DNA of 64,000 nt from Trypanosoma brucei (Eukaryota), in assembly GCA_000002445.1 (NCBI GenBank), contig CM000207.1, forward strand, positions 2,784,001 to 2,848,000, written 5' to 3'. The first letter of the stretch is position 1. Every line of letters begins with the position of its first letter. Of the stretch, positions 1 to 13,004 are shown one piece after another. Position numbers and translations under genes: made by a program. A model generated the notes under the pieces. It did not search any database and was not told the origin of the DNA. It worked only from the letters and a program-made list of their open reading frames with translations.

Positions 1-650
1 CTTTACTAATTTTAGTGTGGCTGTATAGGGGCTGCCGCCTCCTGTGCTGCTGTGGACGGAACCTGAGTTCATCTTTGCGTGCACTGCCGAAACAGCTAAT
101 GCTGCTGCTATGACACCTTGTTGCTGCTTGATTGCTGTGGTTGCAGAATTGACTGTTTTTCGGACTCTCTCCAGCTCAAGCTCGTTGGCCTCGAGCGCAT
201 CGCTTATCGTTAGTTCCAGTGCCGTGAGCAAACACTTTTGTCCCTGTTCCTGCGCTTTGGCTGCTGCCATCCGCCACTTTCTAGCTTCCGTTTTCTGCAG
301 CCTAATTGTGGCTTTAATGTCGTTTAATTTCCCTTGTATATGCTGGCTGAGCCTCGTTAAATAGGCATGCTCTTTGCACACATCTGTTGCCGCTTCTGCC
401 GCTGGGTCATTGGCCTTGTTGGCGGTGCAGGTTGTCGCGGCGTTGAAAATGAGTAACAACGTCGGTATTGTTGAGTATGGCATCGGCAGAGTTTTGGTAA
501 TTAACGTTTCTCTTAATGGACTATGCTCTCCCTGTCGGTTTTTCATTTTTCCTTGATAGTTGCTGCCTTGGTATTACTTGTTGACGCAAGGTTGTGACAA
601 AAGCTTTAATTGCTTGTCGTGCGAAGCTATGACCTTGTAAGTGAAAAAGA
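1..650 (-). pseudogene. VSG N-terminal-domain fragment, truncated by the window edge (C-terminus would lie beyond position 1)
   Basis: The minus-strand translation of 44-364 gives a long helical Ala/Lys/Gln/Leu-rich stretch (…LQKTEARKWRMAAAKAQEQGQKCLLTALELTISDALEANELELERV…) typical of the VSG N-domain. A reverse-oriented 70-bp repeat sits upstream at 1440-1520. The ORF track reports no intact minus ORF here, so this is a partial copy or pseudogene. Confidence 0.4.
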
Positions 651-1439
651 CTGAGTTTTGCCGATATTTTCCCCTTTTATAATCAAAACCATATAGCTAC
701 TTATCTATTTTACCTATTCCGGGCTTCATTAAAGTCCTTCTATTGATCAAAATACTGCACATACCTTCATTCCTGAAAATTCAAATCTCATGGTTTCTAA
801 TGGCTTCTACTTGAAAGCAAATATCCAGTGCTTTTTGGCGTAAAAAGAAAGCAACGCTGCTGCTTCCCACCGACACGCTCACCCATTTTCCTTTTTTTTT
901 AAGCTGACAGGGCCTTGTAGCGGTTGTGGTTGAGTTTGCGCAACTTCTGTCCAAAACGAAACTTCCTTGCAACTTTTGTTTTATGTATCGGCGCTGATAG
1001 CTGAGTTTAGGTGACATCTCTTATATGTATTGTTCACCTCTTGAAGTGTTTAGCGACTCTCCAGGGTTAAAAATAAGAGAATGGAGAAGTATAATATAGA
1101 AACTTTCTGTACTTCATAAAGCTCTTCCGTGTGCTCCAGTCCACAGTTTCTTATCCTTGAGTTTCTCCTTTTATTTTCTACTTTATTCAGCATGTTATTC
1201 TTCCTTTAATGCAGCGGACGCCATAGACAGTCCATATGACCAGTTCACTAGACTATCTCTCTTCATCACTGTCCCATCCATCACCTCTTATGCACGATAA
1301 TGACCCCCATCGTATTTCGTTGCTTCAAGCCTTAAATATTTTATCTCTCTTTATTACTCGCCCTCAATTACTCACAATGAACTCTTTCCATTTTTCAAGT
1401 GATACTTTTCTTTATTATTTTCATCATTACTGCTCTTAT

Positions 1440-1520
1440 TATATTATTATTATACACATACACTCACAACAGTCTCCTATCATTATTATTACTATTATTA
1501 TTATTATTGTCAGTATTATA
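1440..1520 (-). repeat. 70-bp repeat (VSG upstream recombination repeat), reverse orientation
   Basis: CACTCACAACAGTCTCCTATCATTATTATTACTATTATTATT is the reverse complement of the (TAA/TGA)n + GAGTGTTGTGAGTG consensus. Confidence 0.8.
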
Positions 1521-1724
1521 ACCCTTAGTGATATTTATAAAATATACCAAATTGTAAGATCATTAATTTTTCATATATTGACACACTAGCAATTCACACT
1601 CATAAGCCACTATCAAACACATTTTACTACTTTTTATTTTTTATTTTTTCATAATTTTAAATTTTTATTAAAAGGTGTTAAAATATGTTAAAATATTAAA
1701 AGTTCTTGTAAATTCTTAAAATCA

Positions 1725-3170
1725 TTAAAATAGAAAACTAATAACAGAATCAGCCATCATAGCCAATTTTTTGTTTACTAGAAAACTATCATTTCGGAAA
1801 TTTTCTGTATCTTTGTCATCTTCGCCCTTTTATCTTTTCTTAATGCACAATTTTGTTTGTCACCTGTTTTGTCATTTTTACAGGCGGTCTTATCAGTTCC
1901 ATGTTTTTCAAATCCAGTTGTAGCTGTTGACCCTGAAGCTCCATTTGTACATGCTATGTTTGTCTGTCCTTCTCTCTTTTTAGGTTTGCATGTTTCTTTG
2001 TCCTCAGCAGTTCCCTCCAACTTGCAGTTATTATCTGTGCAGGTTGTATTAGTTATGTGATTCCCACAGCTCCTGTCAGCGCTCGTTGGGCTTGCCGTTG
2101 GAACAGGTTTCGTGGTCAACCCGTCCTCTTTCGGCATTTCTGACGCCTTGTAGAGCTCTATTGCTGCCTGAGCTGCTCTTTGTATCTTCGTTTTTGTGGA
2201 CGCCACTTGCTGTTTGTGCTTGTCGTATGTTGTTTGCATTTCCAGCGCTTGTTTCATCTTTTCTAGCCATTCGATGCCGGCGAAACCTTTGCCGTTTTTC
2301 TTTAAGGATTACTGATAATCAACACAACTCGAGGCTTCGTTAGTGCAGTCTCTGGTTATTTTCCGGCCGTAGACAACTCCGCCGTAAACGTCGTCGCCTT
2401 GTCCTAACATGCTTTGAAACGCCGCTATCGCTGTTCTCAGCTGGTTTTCTGACTTGGTGGTGCCCGTTTCTGTCGAACAGTTGCTTAATAGTTCCGCTGT
2501 TGCGCCGGTTTGTAGATTGTTGCCGTTCTCAAGCAAGTTTGTGGCTGTTCCTTGCATGCATTCGCCGTTCGTTCGTGTGGCGCACAGACACGCCATGTCG
2601 GTTAAGACTGATTTGCCTGCTTCTCTGTTGGCGCAGGTGCTGCTTTTGGCATCCGTCGGATTTTTGAGGTCGCGGGCCTGTGTTCCCGCTGTATACTGCG
2701 CTTTACCGCTGCATAATGCCTCTGCTAGTGTCTCATTGATGGCCTTGCGTATTGGCTTATCGTCGATTAGCGGCTGTGACCGCGCCGTTGCCACGTCCCT
2801 TGCAATTTCCCGCGCTAATTCCCTTATTCTCCGTGCTTTGTCGGACCCTGAGGTTGTCTTGGCTGCCCCCTTCGTCTCTTGCGCCCATCTGCTGCTTTTA
2901 TTCGTTAGATCCTTCGCTGATTGGCGCCAATATTCCCATTCCTTCCCGCCGTCTATTTTGTCGTCTTTTGCTTTTGGGCCATCTTTTTTCTTCGCCTACG
3001 TGTTTTCTGGTGTCTGGTCGATGAACATGGCTTGCCATTCTTTCTGGCTTACTGACATGTTCGCCGCTAGAAGTACGTTGTAGTCAGTATCTGTTATGAA
3101 TGCGTCATCGGGTGCCGCTATGAGGGCCTTTGCCGACCTGTAAATTGCACACAGCGTGTCATACTGTCTA
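1725..3170 (-). pseudogene. VSG pseudogene
   Basis: The C-terminus in one frame reads NDSFLVNKKLAMMADSVISFLF* (stop at 1725-1727). The upstream ORF 1778-2257 is in a different frame, so there is a frameshift. The N-domain ORF 2309-2794 is followed by an in-frame TAG further 5'. The VSG 3'UTR 16-mer (AACATATTTTAACACC) lies on the minus strand near 1670-1690. Confidence 0.8.
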
Positions 3171-4799
3171 CCACTTTTTCAGTGATTCGTAGACGACACT
3201 AGTGTTGCCAATGCGATACTAGAGATAAAAACGGCATCAATAACCAGGCTCATTCGGTGTACCTAACTTAGCCGGTAGTCTGTGTTATCTACTTAACTTG
3301 GCTTGTTTCCCGTCAGAGGGTCGTTGTTTAATGCGTTTGCAAGTAGAGCACAAAAAAATTAGATGAAAGTCGCTGCTGGCGCTTGGTTGGCCAAGAGGTA
3401 TTGTAAATTAGGCGATTTTAAAGTCTCTTTCACTCACGCCGTAGCGCTGTTTGCGCCTTTGCTCTTTTGTAATGATATTTTCGTGGCGTCACATGATTGT
3501 TACTTATATGCCCTCACATCGAAGCTTTTGAAGTTTATATAAGATATTCGTTATAAGTTTTAGTTCAAAATTTCAATAACTGGCGTTTTGTCGTCAAATT
3601 CAAAACTAACATCTACCCGTTTTGACTCTATTTCCTCTATTTCAAGCATCCCCAATTTCACACATCTGCAGGTCATAACTGTGAGAATACCTTTTTCAGT
3701 CACCATGACTCTAAGCACCAACCTTTCCACTTATTTTTTTACTTCCTCCATCCACTGCCGACTAAAGTGCGGTTTCTTTGAAGTTAGTTGCATCGCTGAC
3801 ATTCTTTTTATTTGGAATTCGTTCGCTAGGGATGAAGACAACATGTACTTAACTGCGTTTCATAGATGGTTTTGGATTTGAGACTTTCTTTGTGTATATG
3901 GCCCAGGGGTTGCCTGCAAAAGTTAGTGACAAATTTTTCTATATGAAGCGTTTTTTAATTATAGAACCAATTGTTTCCAAGTGCAGGTCTTCTTTGTAAT
4001 CCAAGGTCTACGTTACCTCTATTTATAAAGTTTCAATCCACATTCATCACTCATCTATCAAATTCTTATATATTTTCTGTCTAAAAAGTTTCCTTTCGTC
4101 TTAAATCATTGAAAACGTTTTTCATCTAAAATTTAAACATTTATGACTGTCACTGACTTCTACTTTTTACAGTTTTTCTGATTTTACACCTTCTGAAATA
4201 ACAAATAAAGGCGAGTGTTTTTACCGACGTAATTAGTCTGACTCTTCTGTTTTGGAGCCTTCTGCTCTTTTGTTCGGTTCCGGTTTAGAATCTACAATTT
4301 GGTCCAAAAAGCGCATTTCTTATTTTTTTGTTAATAAAATCTGTTAATCCTGCGTTAGAGATCAACTTTATATGAATTACTCGGTTCTTGAAACGTCTTA
4401 ATTCCTGCCAATTATAACTAAAGAGAGTTGGAGGACTGTAACAACGGATTGACTCGGCTTCCTATAGCTCCTCTATTGGTTCTGTTATGAGTTATTTCAA
4501 GCATTTACCGCTTTTTTATTTTGTTGTTTACCGTAATCCATTAATACCCATAGTTTCAAAATACTTCTGTCAATAATATCATATAGTTTCACACAATTTG
4601 TAATCATTACTACTGCATTTGATCATAATAATTTGAGATTTCTTCACTCTTATACAATTTCTTCTTTCTACTTCTAATTTTACTTCTGTTTCTGACGACT
4701 TTACTCACGTACAAGCTCACTCACTTGTTCTCACTACATCCTTGCTACTGGTTCAGACTTTTATATTATTATATCCAGTTGCTTTGCACCACCTTTTTT

Positions 4800-4870
4800 T
4801 TACGTATTGCTATAAACTCACTCACAACACTCTCTTATCAATAAATTATTATTATTATTATGACCCTAAT
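4800..4870 (-). repeat. 70-bp repeat, reverse orientation
   Basis: CACTCACAACACTCTCTTATCAATAAATTATTATTATTATTATGACC. Confidence 0.75.
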
Positions 4871-5115
4871 AAATAAACATGAAATAAGTGATGACTATAT
4901 TAGAATAGCATATACATTTTTATATACTATTGCTATACTACTTTACACCCATGATCCACTTTCATACCAAATTTTTCATATTATTTCATTATTCACTAAT
5001 TTTCGGCAGTTTGTATACTTTCGTCAAACAATGTTAAAATATATTAAATTCTCTCAAAATAGCAAATTTAATAAATATCATAAATTTAAGCAAAAATACT
5101 TGAAAAACTAAAACT

Positions 5116-6560
5116 CTAAAAAAAAATATAAGCAGCATCCATTAAAGCCGATTTCATATTGAGGATAAAACTGGAATCTTTGCAAGCATCATTTTCCCAT
5201 TTACAACTAGGAGATTTGCATTATCCTCTCAATTTTTCTTTGAATTTCCCTGTTATTGTTTTTCCGCTGTCTGCACTCCTGTTGCTGGAGTTGCTGTTTC
5301 TTTCTCTGTTGCTTTTGGATTGCACTTCTTTTATTTTTCATCATCATTGCATTTATCTCGAAAGCACGTTGCATTGCTACCGTGGTACTTGTTGCATGCT
5401 TCCTCTGTCGATGCTGCCGTTGGTGCAGTCGCTGCATTCTTTCTGGCTGCTATTACGGTGTTTGTTGTCTCTAATGGCAATTCACTGCTTCCAACTCACT
5501 CGTGCTTCGATCTTCAACGCTGCTGGTTTCGCTACTATTGTGTCACCTGTTGAGTCTAGAGCTTCATTGGAAGCAAGTTTAGAGGCGAGGTTTGCAAGCT
5601 CTTAGCACCACGGTATTACGTTCAAATCTGTTTTGGTCGTTTTTTCAGCGTGCTATACCAGAAACATACGCTACTGTCTTGTGCCCCTTTACAACCTGTT
5701 GGAAGGAACACTCCAATGTACGCGCCTCTTGCCGTGATTGTAAATGAAGACGCTATTGCGGTTAGTGCTTGCTCTACGGCCGCTGCTGTCAGCTTTGTTG
5801 GTTTCTGGCTGCCACACATTTTGATTAGGTCTTGTATCTTCGTTGGAACTTCACCTGCGTTTGTTGGATATGCCGCATCTGCCGCTGTTTCTGACCAGCA
5901 TGTGTCCTGCACTGGTGTCCCCGATGCCCTGTTTGCACATACACAAATAGCTACAGTCGCCAGATTTTCCCCTGTGTTATCGGCTACGTTGGTGTTTTTT
6001 TGCAGCCGGTGACCATGTTGGCAGTTGTGTTTCCTCCATTTAGGATCGCTTCGGATTGTACAGGGTCCGTTCCTAATTTGCCATCTTTTTTTCTCAGAAC
6101 AACCGTAGATATTCTGTCTTTAATATTCGGTGTCAGCTTGCGCCTCAGCCACATTACCTCTAGAGCAACTTCGTTGGGGTATGGTATTGTTGTATATAGA
6201 TTCCGCCAAATTTGTAGGACTATACAAATACCACGCTGTTGGTTTGGTTGCACCTCCTAATTCCTCTAAGTTTCGTTTCTTTCATTTGTTCCCTCTTCTC
6301 AATATTCCATCCGTAGTATACTTTCGTTTAGATATTACCACTATTTGTCCCAATCAACAATACCCTCACAGCACATCTTCTTACAAGAGCTAGGTAATCA
6401 GCTGTACGGCTATTCTCAACTACTCATGCACAAAAAAGCTGACTTACATCCCAGCTTCGGTCTCTATATCTGATGTTTTTGGTGAGATCTGGTGTAGTCA
6501 TGGCCTCTGACATTGCTTTTACATTGATTGCGGACATTGTTGTTTCGCTCGCTGATCTTT
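5116..6560 (-). pseudogene. VSG (pseudo)gene; C-terminus intact, N-terminus uncertain
   Basis: Minus strand reads …CKWENDACKDSSFILNMKSALMDAAYIFF* with stop at 5116-5118. ORF 5622-5912(-) is a VSG C-domain. No clean signal-peptide start was found. Confidence 0.7.
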
Positions 6561-7559
6561 TTTCACGAGTAAAGCCTCTTTATTCAAGAGCTGGTTCCGA
6601 CACAATTCCTTGTATTCCCTTTAATACGGCTCGCAGTCTCTAAATGAATCTAACACTTTCAGCTACATCCATTTATTTTTCCTACTTTTTTCGGTTTCTT
6701 AAAACTTTGTGACACAGAAAGTTGTGAGGAAGATTAAATAATTATTCGGAGTGAATTCTGTCTTCTAACACAGACCGTTCTTACATTTTGTAACTTTCCT
6801 TGGTTTTAACGTACTAAACTACTACTTAATCTGTTATTTCACACTTCAACATGCTTCATTCTAGAAAAATACTTGCTTCTATCTAATAAATTTGTCAATT
6901 TAATTGTTAGTAGAGGCTCCCAAAGCTCACCACTTCTAAACAATCCTGCAATGCAATAGCAGGCTTGTTGCTGCTATTTGCTTATCGGCTCGCTGCATTC
7001 AGCAGTTTGTTGGTATCATTTCTATATTTGATGCTGGTTTTAGTACATTTCTGGACGTTCTTTCAATCATCAGATGCCTCCTTTGACTTCACTTCGGTTG
7101 TTTTGTTACTGCTGATACGGGACACACCTTGAGGCTACATTTATAACCTTTTTCAGTTAAATTCTTTTTCTTAAATTCCTGTGTATCCATAATAGTGCTT
7201 TCAGTAAAATAATGCGTTTTCAATGAGTTTTTGTGAATATATTGGCATTTCGGCAGTTTGTCACCTTCTACTTGCACTACTTCTTTCTGCTCGGTGCAGG
7301 ATCTTCATTTGACTTGTAGACGAGACTCTTTTTTCCCCTCATTGTCTCCTCAATTATTTCCTTAAATGATTATGCCAATTGTCATATTTGTGCTTAAAAA
7401 ATTTAGCACACTTCATATCCGTTTCTTTCCTTTCCTTACGCCATTTCCATTGATGATATTCATTTCTCTCTCCAACTGGCTCTCAATCACTTGTTTCTTT
7501 AAAATTTTCTATTTTTAAATGTTTCTATTATCTTAGTATATTTACTCTTCACAATTTTT

Positions 7560-7700
7560 AATACAATACTAGTATTTTCACAGTCACAGCACACTCCGAT
7601 AAATATTATTATCATGACTTTTATGATTATAGTTACTATTTTATTTGTAACTAACATCCAGAAAATAAACAAAAAATTAAAATACCACTCATTTTTCATA
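7560..7700 (-). repeat. Degenerate 70-bp repeat-like TRR-rich tract
   Basis: ATTATTATCATGACTTTTATGATTATAGTTACTATT lies upstream, in the minus sense, of the VSG at 5116-6560. Confidence 0.4.
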
Positions 7701-7866
7701 CTGTTTCACTATAGTACCTTTTATCTATCAACCACTATCATGCGGATTTTTCTAAAATTTCACCAATTTAAACATTTCTATAAATTTTTTTGAAATATAT
7801 CAATTTATAGAAAATTTAGCATAATTTCATAATTTTTTATAAAATTGAGAAAAAATCCTTTAAAAT

Positions 7867-9356
7867 TTAAAATGCTACCAAACTCATAAAATCAGCAGTC
7901 ATCAAAGCCAATTTGTTATTAACGAGATAAAACTGGAATCTTTGCATTCTGTTCCATCCCATTTGCTACCTTGTGTGCTGCCACTTGTTGTTTCTTTCCC
8001 TGTGGAAGCTGATGTAGTTTTTCCACCTTCTTTTGCTCCCTTTTCTTTTTTTTTTTGGTGTGTATGTCGGATCATTGACGCACTTTCCTTGTTACCCTTT
8101 CCCTCCACTTTGCAGCCCTCTTTGCAGTTATCTCCTGTTCCTTTCTTTTCGCAAGTCTCTTCTGTTTCGGTTGGATCGCGTTTCAGTGGCGCGCCTGCTG
8201 CTGGTGCCTCTGTGGCTGCTGGTCCTGCTCCCAGAATTGCCTGGTCGTAAAGACTCCATGCTGCTGTGCGCACTGCTTGGATTTTTGCTTCAATTGCTTC
8301 AGCTTTCGAGGCGTCTGTTTTCATCTGGACGAGTTCTGTTCGTGCTGCTTCTAATTCTTTTATCCATGGGATGCCGCTGCCGGTGCCTCCCAGCTGCTGC
8401 TTGTAGTTTATGCATTGGCCTTGTCCGCTGCTGCTGTCGCAGGTTCCGCCGGTGTGGGGTTTGCCGAAGGTGAAACTTATTGGCGCGTCTGTCTGTTTGG
8501 TCGTGTGCCGCCCGATTTGCGCTGAGAATGCTGCTATGCGTGTTGTGATCAGTTCGGCTGTTAGGGGCGGCGCGGTCGGCGGCTTTCTGCAGGCGGCCGC
8601 TATTGTCGTCAAGCGATCTTGAGCGTCGGTTCCGGTTGTAGGGTTGGCAAGACCGGTTATTGTCGTTCCTTGTAGACATTCGCCAGCGCTGTTGTCGTCG
8701 GTTGCCGTGCAAAGACATATAAAATCGTAAGCTATGCCGCTGCCCGTTTTGGTGCTGCCGGTTGCTTCCCCACAGTAGCTTTTGAGGTTGGAAGTCAGGA
8801 CCGCTGTATCTAAGTTAGCTTTGTCTTTGCCGTACAGCGCGTTTTTCAGAGCGGTTTGAACTCTTTGTTTCCGCTGCTGCGCCTCGGCTATTATGTTTGC
8901 ATAGACGCTGCTTAGGGTTTTCGCCGACTCTAGCAGTCTTTTCATTGCCGATGCGGTCTGTTTTCTTTGCCATGTGTCCGGAAGTCTCTTGTATTTTTGT
9001 TGACCGTCTGACCCTGGCTTTTGGTTTAACTTTTCCTTTTCTTTTTGCCAGGTTGTTCGAGCTTTCGCATTGTCTTTACCGTCCTTGTCAGAAAGTTCTC
9101 CTTCTTTGTCTTCTAACCATGCGTCACTTGCCGCAGAAAGATTAAGCGTCTCAATTTCTGTCACTGTTTCGGCAACGTCTGAATTGGCATGTGGAGGTGA
9201 AAATACACCAGGGTTGGCTGCCAGGTTGTAAATATCGCACATTGCCCTGAATTCTGCGGCGTTATCGTTTGCTGCTCCCTGGCATTCGGATGTAATCGCG
9301 CAAAGCGCTACCGCTGCGAACCTCCAGAACGCTATGTTTCTCGCTACTGCTGGCAT
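7867..9356 (-). pseudogene. VSG, near-intact (484-aa ORF with signal peptide MPAVARNIAFWRFAAVALCAITSECQG) but with a 1-nt frameshift about 20 codons from the C-terminus
   Basis: ORF 7902-9356 ends …KWDGTECKDSSFISLITNWL*. The +1 frame continues …LVNNKLALMTADFMSLVAF*, the canonical GPI signal, with stop at 7867-7869. Restoring one C in ATC(C)TC gives DSSFILVNNKLAL…. Confidence 0.85.
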
Positions 9357-9399
9357 TTTCTGAGCTTGGAAAATAGATAATCTGTAGAAGTTGTGTAGT

Positions 9400-9968
9400 G
9401 GAGCTCTTATGAATTGCAGTGTGCAAGACTATTTTCTAGAAACAGCAGGTGTTGGACGCCTATGGTCACTAAAGGTCGGTTCCGCAGCTACTTCGGTTCA
9501 TCCGCTGTTTGGACTCAGGCTGTAATTGAAAACTCCGGCGCTATTGCGATTTTTTACCGCCTTCGCCTCAATGTCTAGCAAAAACGAATGGTCTGCTGTT
9601 TGCAGTCGGTTGCTCCTCTCCAGTACTGCGGGTTACATCGCTTTGGCTTACACTGCAAGGGGCGCTGTTACATTGAAGGCTTGCGTTCGGCACTTTAATT
9701 TGGTGTTTTATGTTGGGAGATGTTTCGCTACTTGCATATCAGAGTTGCCACAGTGATCGATGTTGTAGAGTAGTTGGGACGAACTAAAAATGTTAGGGCT
9801 CCGCACCGTCTGCACCCCTTGCACTACCTGCATCGACATTGCTTGCTGATATCTTCAGTTGTAACCGGAATACTGTCGCTGCTGTCTGGTGTCGTTGCGA
9901 TGACGTAAAGTGCACTGAGATACTCTGTTATTGCTAAAACGGCTGCTGTAAGCTTTGTGAAACGCATG
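9400..9968 (-). pseudogene. Signal-peptide-bearing N-terminal gene fragment (VSG-like?) immediately upstream of the VSG start at 9356
   Basis: Minus-strand ATG at about 9968 gives MRFTKLTAAVLAITEYLSALYVIATTPDSSDSIPVTTEDISKQCRCR*. It is a short remnant; the family assignment is weak. Confidence 0.3.
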
Positions 9969-11589
9969 TCATTGTCCTTTTTTAGTAACATTATTTTGGT
10001 TTGGCCACTAGCTCGATTTTTCTATCGCTTTGAAGTTGCAGTTAGAATGTGGTTGCCGATTGAATTAGCTCACTGAGGTGTTTCTTTTTTGCGGTAGCAC
10101 GTTTTCATGCCGTCGATGGTGGCATCTTTGTGTGGGTTTATGCTGGTTGTAACTTTCAAGTAGAAATAACAGCTCAAAAGAAAATCCTGATGCAGCGCTA
10201 GTAAATATGCTGCTGCGTCCGTGTAGGCAATCCCAGGTTTTTTGTGCTCCTTCCTTTGTTTTGCACTTGTATAGATCATTAGGTCTCATTTTTGTTGTTC
10301 TTTCACGCAGATAAACTATGACATACCCTGTGTGAGCTGCCGGCTAACGCCACCGCCACTTGGCGCTATATGCATACATTCAGTGCCTGTCAGACACTGC
10401 TCGCTTCGATTTGCGGTACAAGTTTTATCCACTTCTATATGAACAATGTCTATTTTACTAAGTTCTTGTTCGATTACGCAGCTTCGGCATGGTTTGTGGC
10501 TGCCGCTCTGCCAAGCTTTTGAAGCTCCCTTAGCTACTTTATCCGCAACCCTAGCGCTAAATTTTGCTGGATAAGCTGCTTAGTCATTTATGCTTTTGAG
10601 TGGTTGAGTTGTTTTATATTGTTGGTTCCACTTTGTTGCTGCTATTTTAGTGTGTTTCTTCCCTACAAGCTGCAACGTAAATGCTGTTGTTATACCCATT
10701 TTTCCTTACTATTATTTCTTTTTTTAAATCTGATCGGCGCAGGAAGCGGTGGGAAAGATAAAATGTTCATGAGAAATAGTTGTTCTTTAGTTACCTCTGC
10801 TTGTTATTTATAAATAAGGTTTCACTTTTCTAAAGTATCACGAATATAACCTAATTAATATGTCATTTAGACACACATTTCAATCTTTATCTGTTTGAAT
10901 CTAAATACAACGATTCGCTCGCTTCTATCCAATAACTTTTTTCAATTTATCTGAATGTACAGACTGCTAAAGCTCACTTTCTCTTTATCGCCTGATGATG
11001 CAACGACATCCATATTGATGCCACCTCTTTCTTTGTTGATGCATTCTTCAGCCTATTTCTAGTATTTATCGATTGTTTCCTGCTTTTAGTACATTTTTAA
11101 AGCTTTGTTGGGGTTATAATTTTGTAGATTCACACCTACTTTGCCACTCTTGGAATTACTGTTGGAAGAACACCTTTAAATGCATTATATCTTGTTTATT
11201 ACCTACATTCTCTGTGCTAAATTACTCCTTGTGCATTATAGTGCTTTAACCGTAACTAATTATTACACAGGGGGTTTGAAAATCATATTAGCAGTGATGC
11301 TATTGTATAATTTTTTTCTCGTTTAAATTAGCTATATCACCGCCGTTTTCCGGTACAATAGACTTTTTTACATCATTTTCTTCATTTGTCAGATTCTTGA
11401 GTATGATGATATCACCATCATAACTTTTTGATGCTACACATACCACATCTCCTTTTTATTCGTTGTCATTCTGCATTTCCTTCAACAATATTACTCATGC
11501 TCTTTTTATTTTTCTCAATGACCCACTATTTTTGGTCGCTTCCATTTTTTTAGTTCATTCGGTTTCACAGGCAATCGTATTATGCCATT

Positions 11590-11670
11590 AGTATATGCAC
11601 ACTCACAACACTCTCCTATCATTATTATTATCACTATTAGTATTATCATTGCTGTTAAAATTATAACCTA
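11590..11670 (-). repeat. 70-bp repeat, reverse orientation
   Basis: CACTCACAACACTCTCCTATCATTATTATTATCACTATTAGTATTATCATT. Confidence 0.8.
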
Positions 11671-11711
11671 ACTAATATCTATATTTTTTCATATAATTGA
11701 AATTTTTTTTC

Positions 11712-13004
11712 TTAAAATGAAAAAATCACAAATGTAGCAGCTATACTCAGCGCTAAATTCTTATTGAGGAGGAAACTAGAATCATTGCATTTGTTGTCTT
11801 CCTATTTGCACTCCGGATTCTTGCATTTGTTCCCTTTCCCTGCACATTTCTCTTCTTTCTCTTCTTTTTCTTTCACTCCGTCTTTAATTTTTCACTTTCC
11901 ATCTTTGTCAGTTTCTTTCCACTGGCATTTATCATCTTTGTCGCACTCGTCTTTATTTTCATTGTTGCAGCTTGTTGTTGTTTTCTCTGAGATTTCAGAA
12001 GAACTCTTTTGACAGTCTTTGTCAGCTTCTTCCTGTGCCTTTGTGGTCGCCGCTGCAATGACGTATGCTGTTGCGAGCTGCTGTAAGCTGGATAGTGTCT
12101 TCAGTTCTACCGCTGTGTCCCTTTTGTCGAGTTGCAGGTAAAATTTGGTTGTTTCAATTTTGTTCCATATTTTGATTGCGAATTCGTTTTCTTCTTTACC
12201 GTAGATTCTGTTGATTGTCTCTGTGACCTCTGTTTTTTCCGCTTGGCTGAGTTGTTCTTTAAAGGGTTTGTTTAAAATATGCAATCCTATTTCGTGTTTG
12301 AAGGCTTTTTGGCGGTTATTGTATGCTCTGTATGTTGTTCCTTGTTGAATCTGTGTTCTCATCATAGTGTTTAAGAGTCGTTCCGCTTCAGCTATGGCGT
12401 CCGCGGCTGGTTGTGTTGGTGTTAGCCACGTCTTGGTTTGTCCGCTGCTTTTTGTTAGGCGCGCTGTTGTGGTTGTCTGCGTTGCTGTTTCGAATAGCTT
12501 GTGTTGCTTGATGCTTATGTGCGTCACTCCGCCTGTGGTGCATGCCGCCCCTGAAGCTCCAATGCAGCACATCGCTGTTGCCGCGACTTCGGCGGCGGCT
12601 GTTTCTATTTGGTCTATCTTTTTTATGTCGGCTATCCATTGTTCTAACGCTTGTTCAGCTCCTTCGACAGATGACTTGGATACAGGCTCACCCAGCGAAC
12701 AGAACGATCCGGGACTGGCTGCTTTGTCTGATTTAAGTTGGATTTTCTTGTAAGAAACCGCGGTTTTGTGAGCTGTCTGTGATACTGCTGCGATCTCTGC
12801 TTCGCCTACGGCCGTTAGCGTGGCAGTCGTTCCAAGTGCTTGCGCTAGGTTCAGTATGTGTTTTTGGGTTTTTTTTCCAGGTCTTTAGCAGCCACGGTTT
12901 CTGCTGCTGCGCACGAAAAGAGAAGTATCCTTAGGGGCGTCGTCGTCTGCCGATGTTGAGCATCGCTAGTTAAGGCTGTATAAACCTGTAGCTGATGTAG
13001 CATG
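11712..13004 (-). pseudogene. VSG pseudogene (frameshifted)
   Basis: Minus-strand start at about 13004 gives MLHQLQVYTALTSDAQH…LRILLFSCAAAE (signal-peptide-like). ORF 11892-12572 is an N/C-domain piece. The C-terminus reads …CNDSSFLLNKNLALSIAATFVIFSF* (stop about 11712) in a different frame from 11892-12572. Confidence 0.75.

Noticed and set aside
2454-3083. Long plus-strand ORFs (for example 2454-3083, 8033-8473, 12367-12753, 5159-5605) overlapping minus-strand VSGs
   Set aside because: They are antisense read-through of Ala/Leu/Ser-rich VSG coding sequence with low-complexity translations and no independent support. They are artefacts of a six-frame track on a GC-skewed coding strand.
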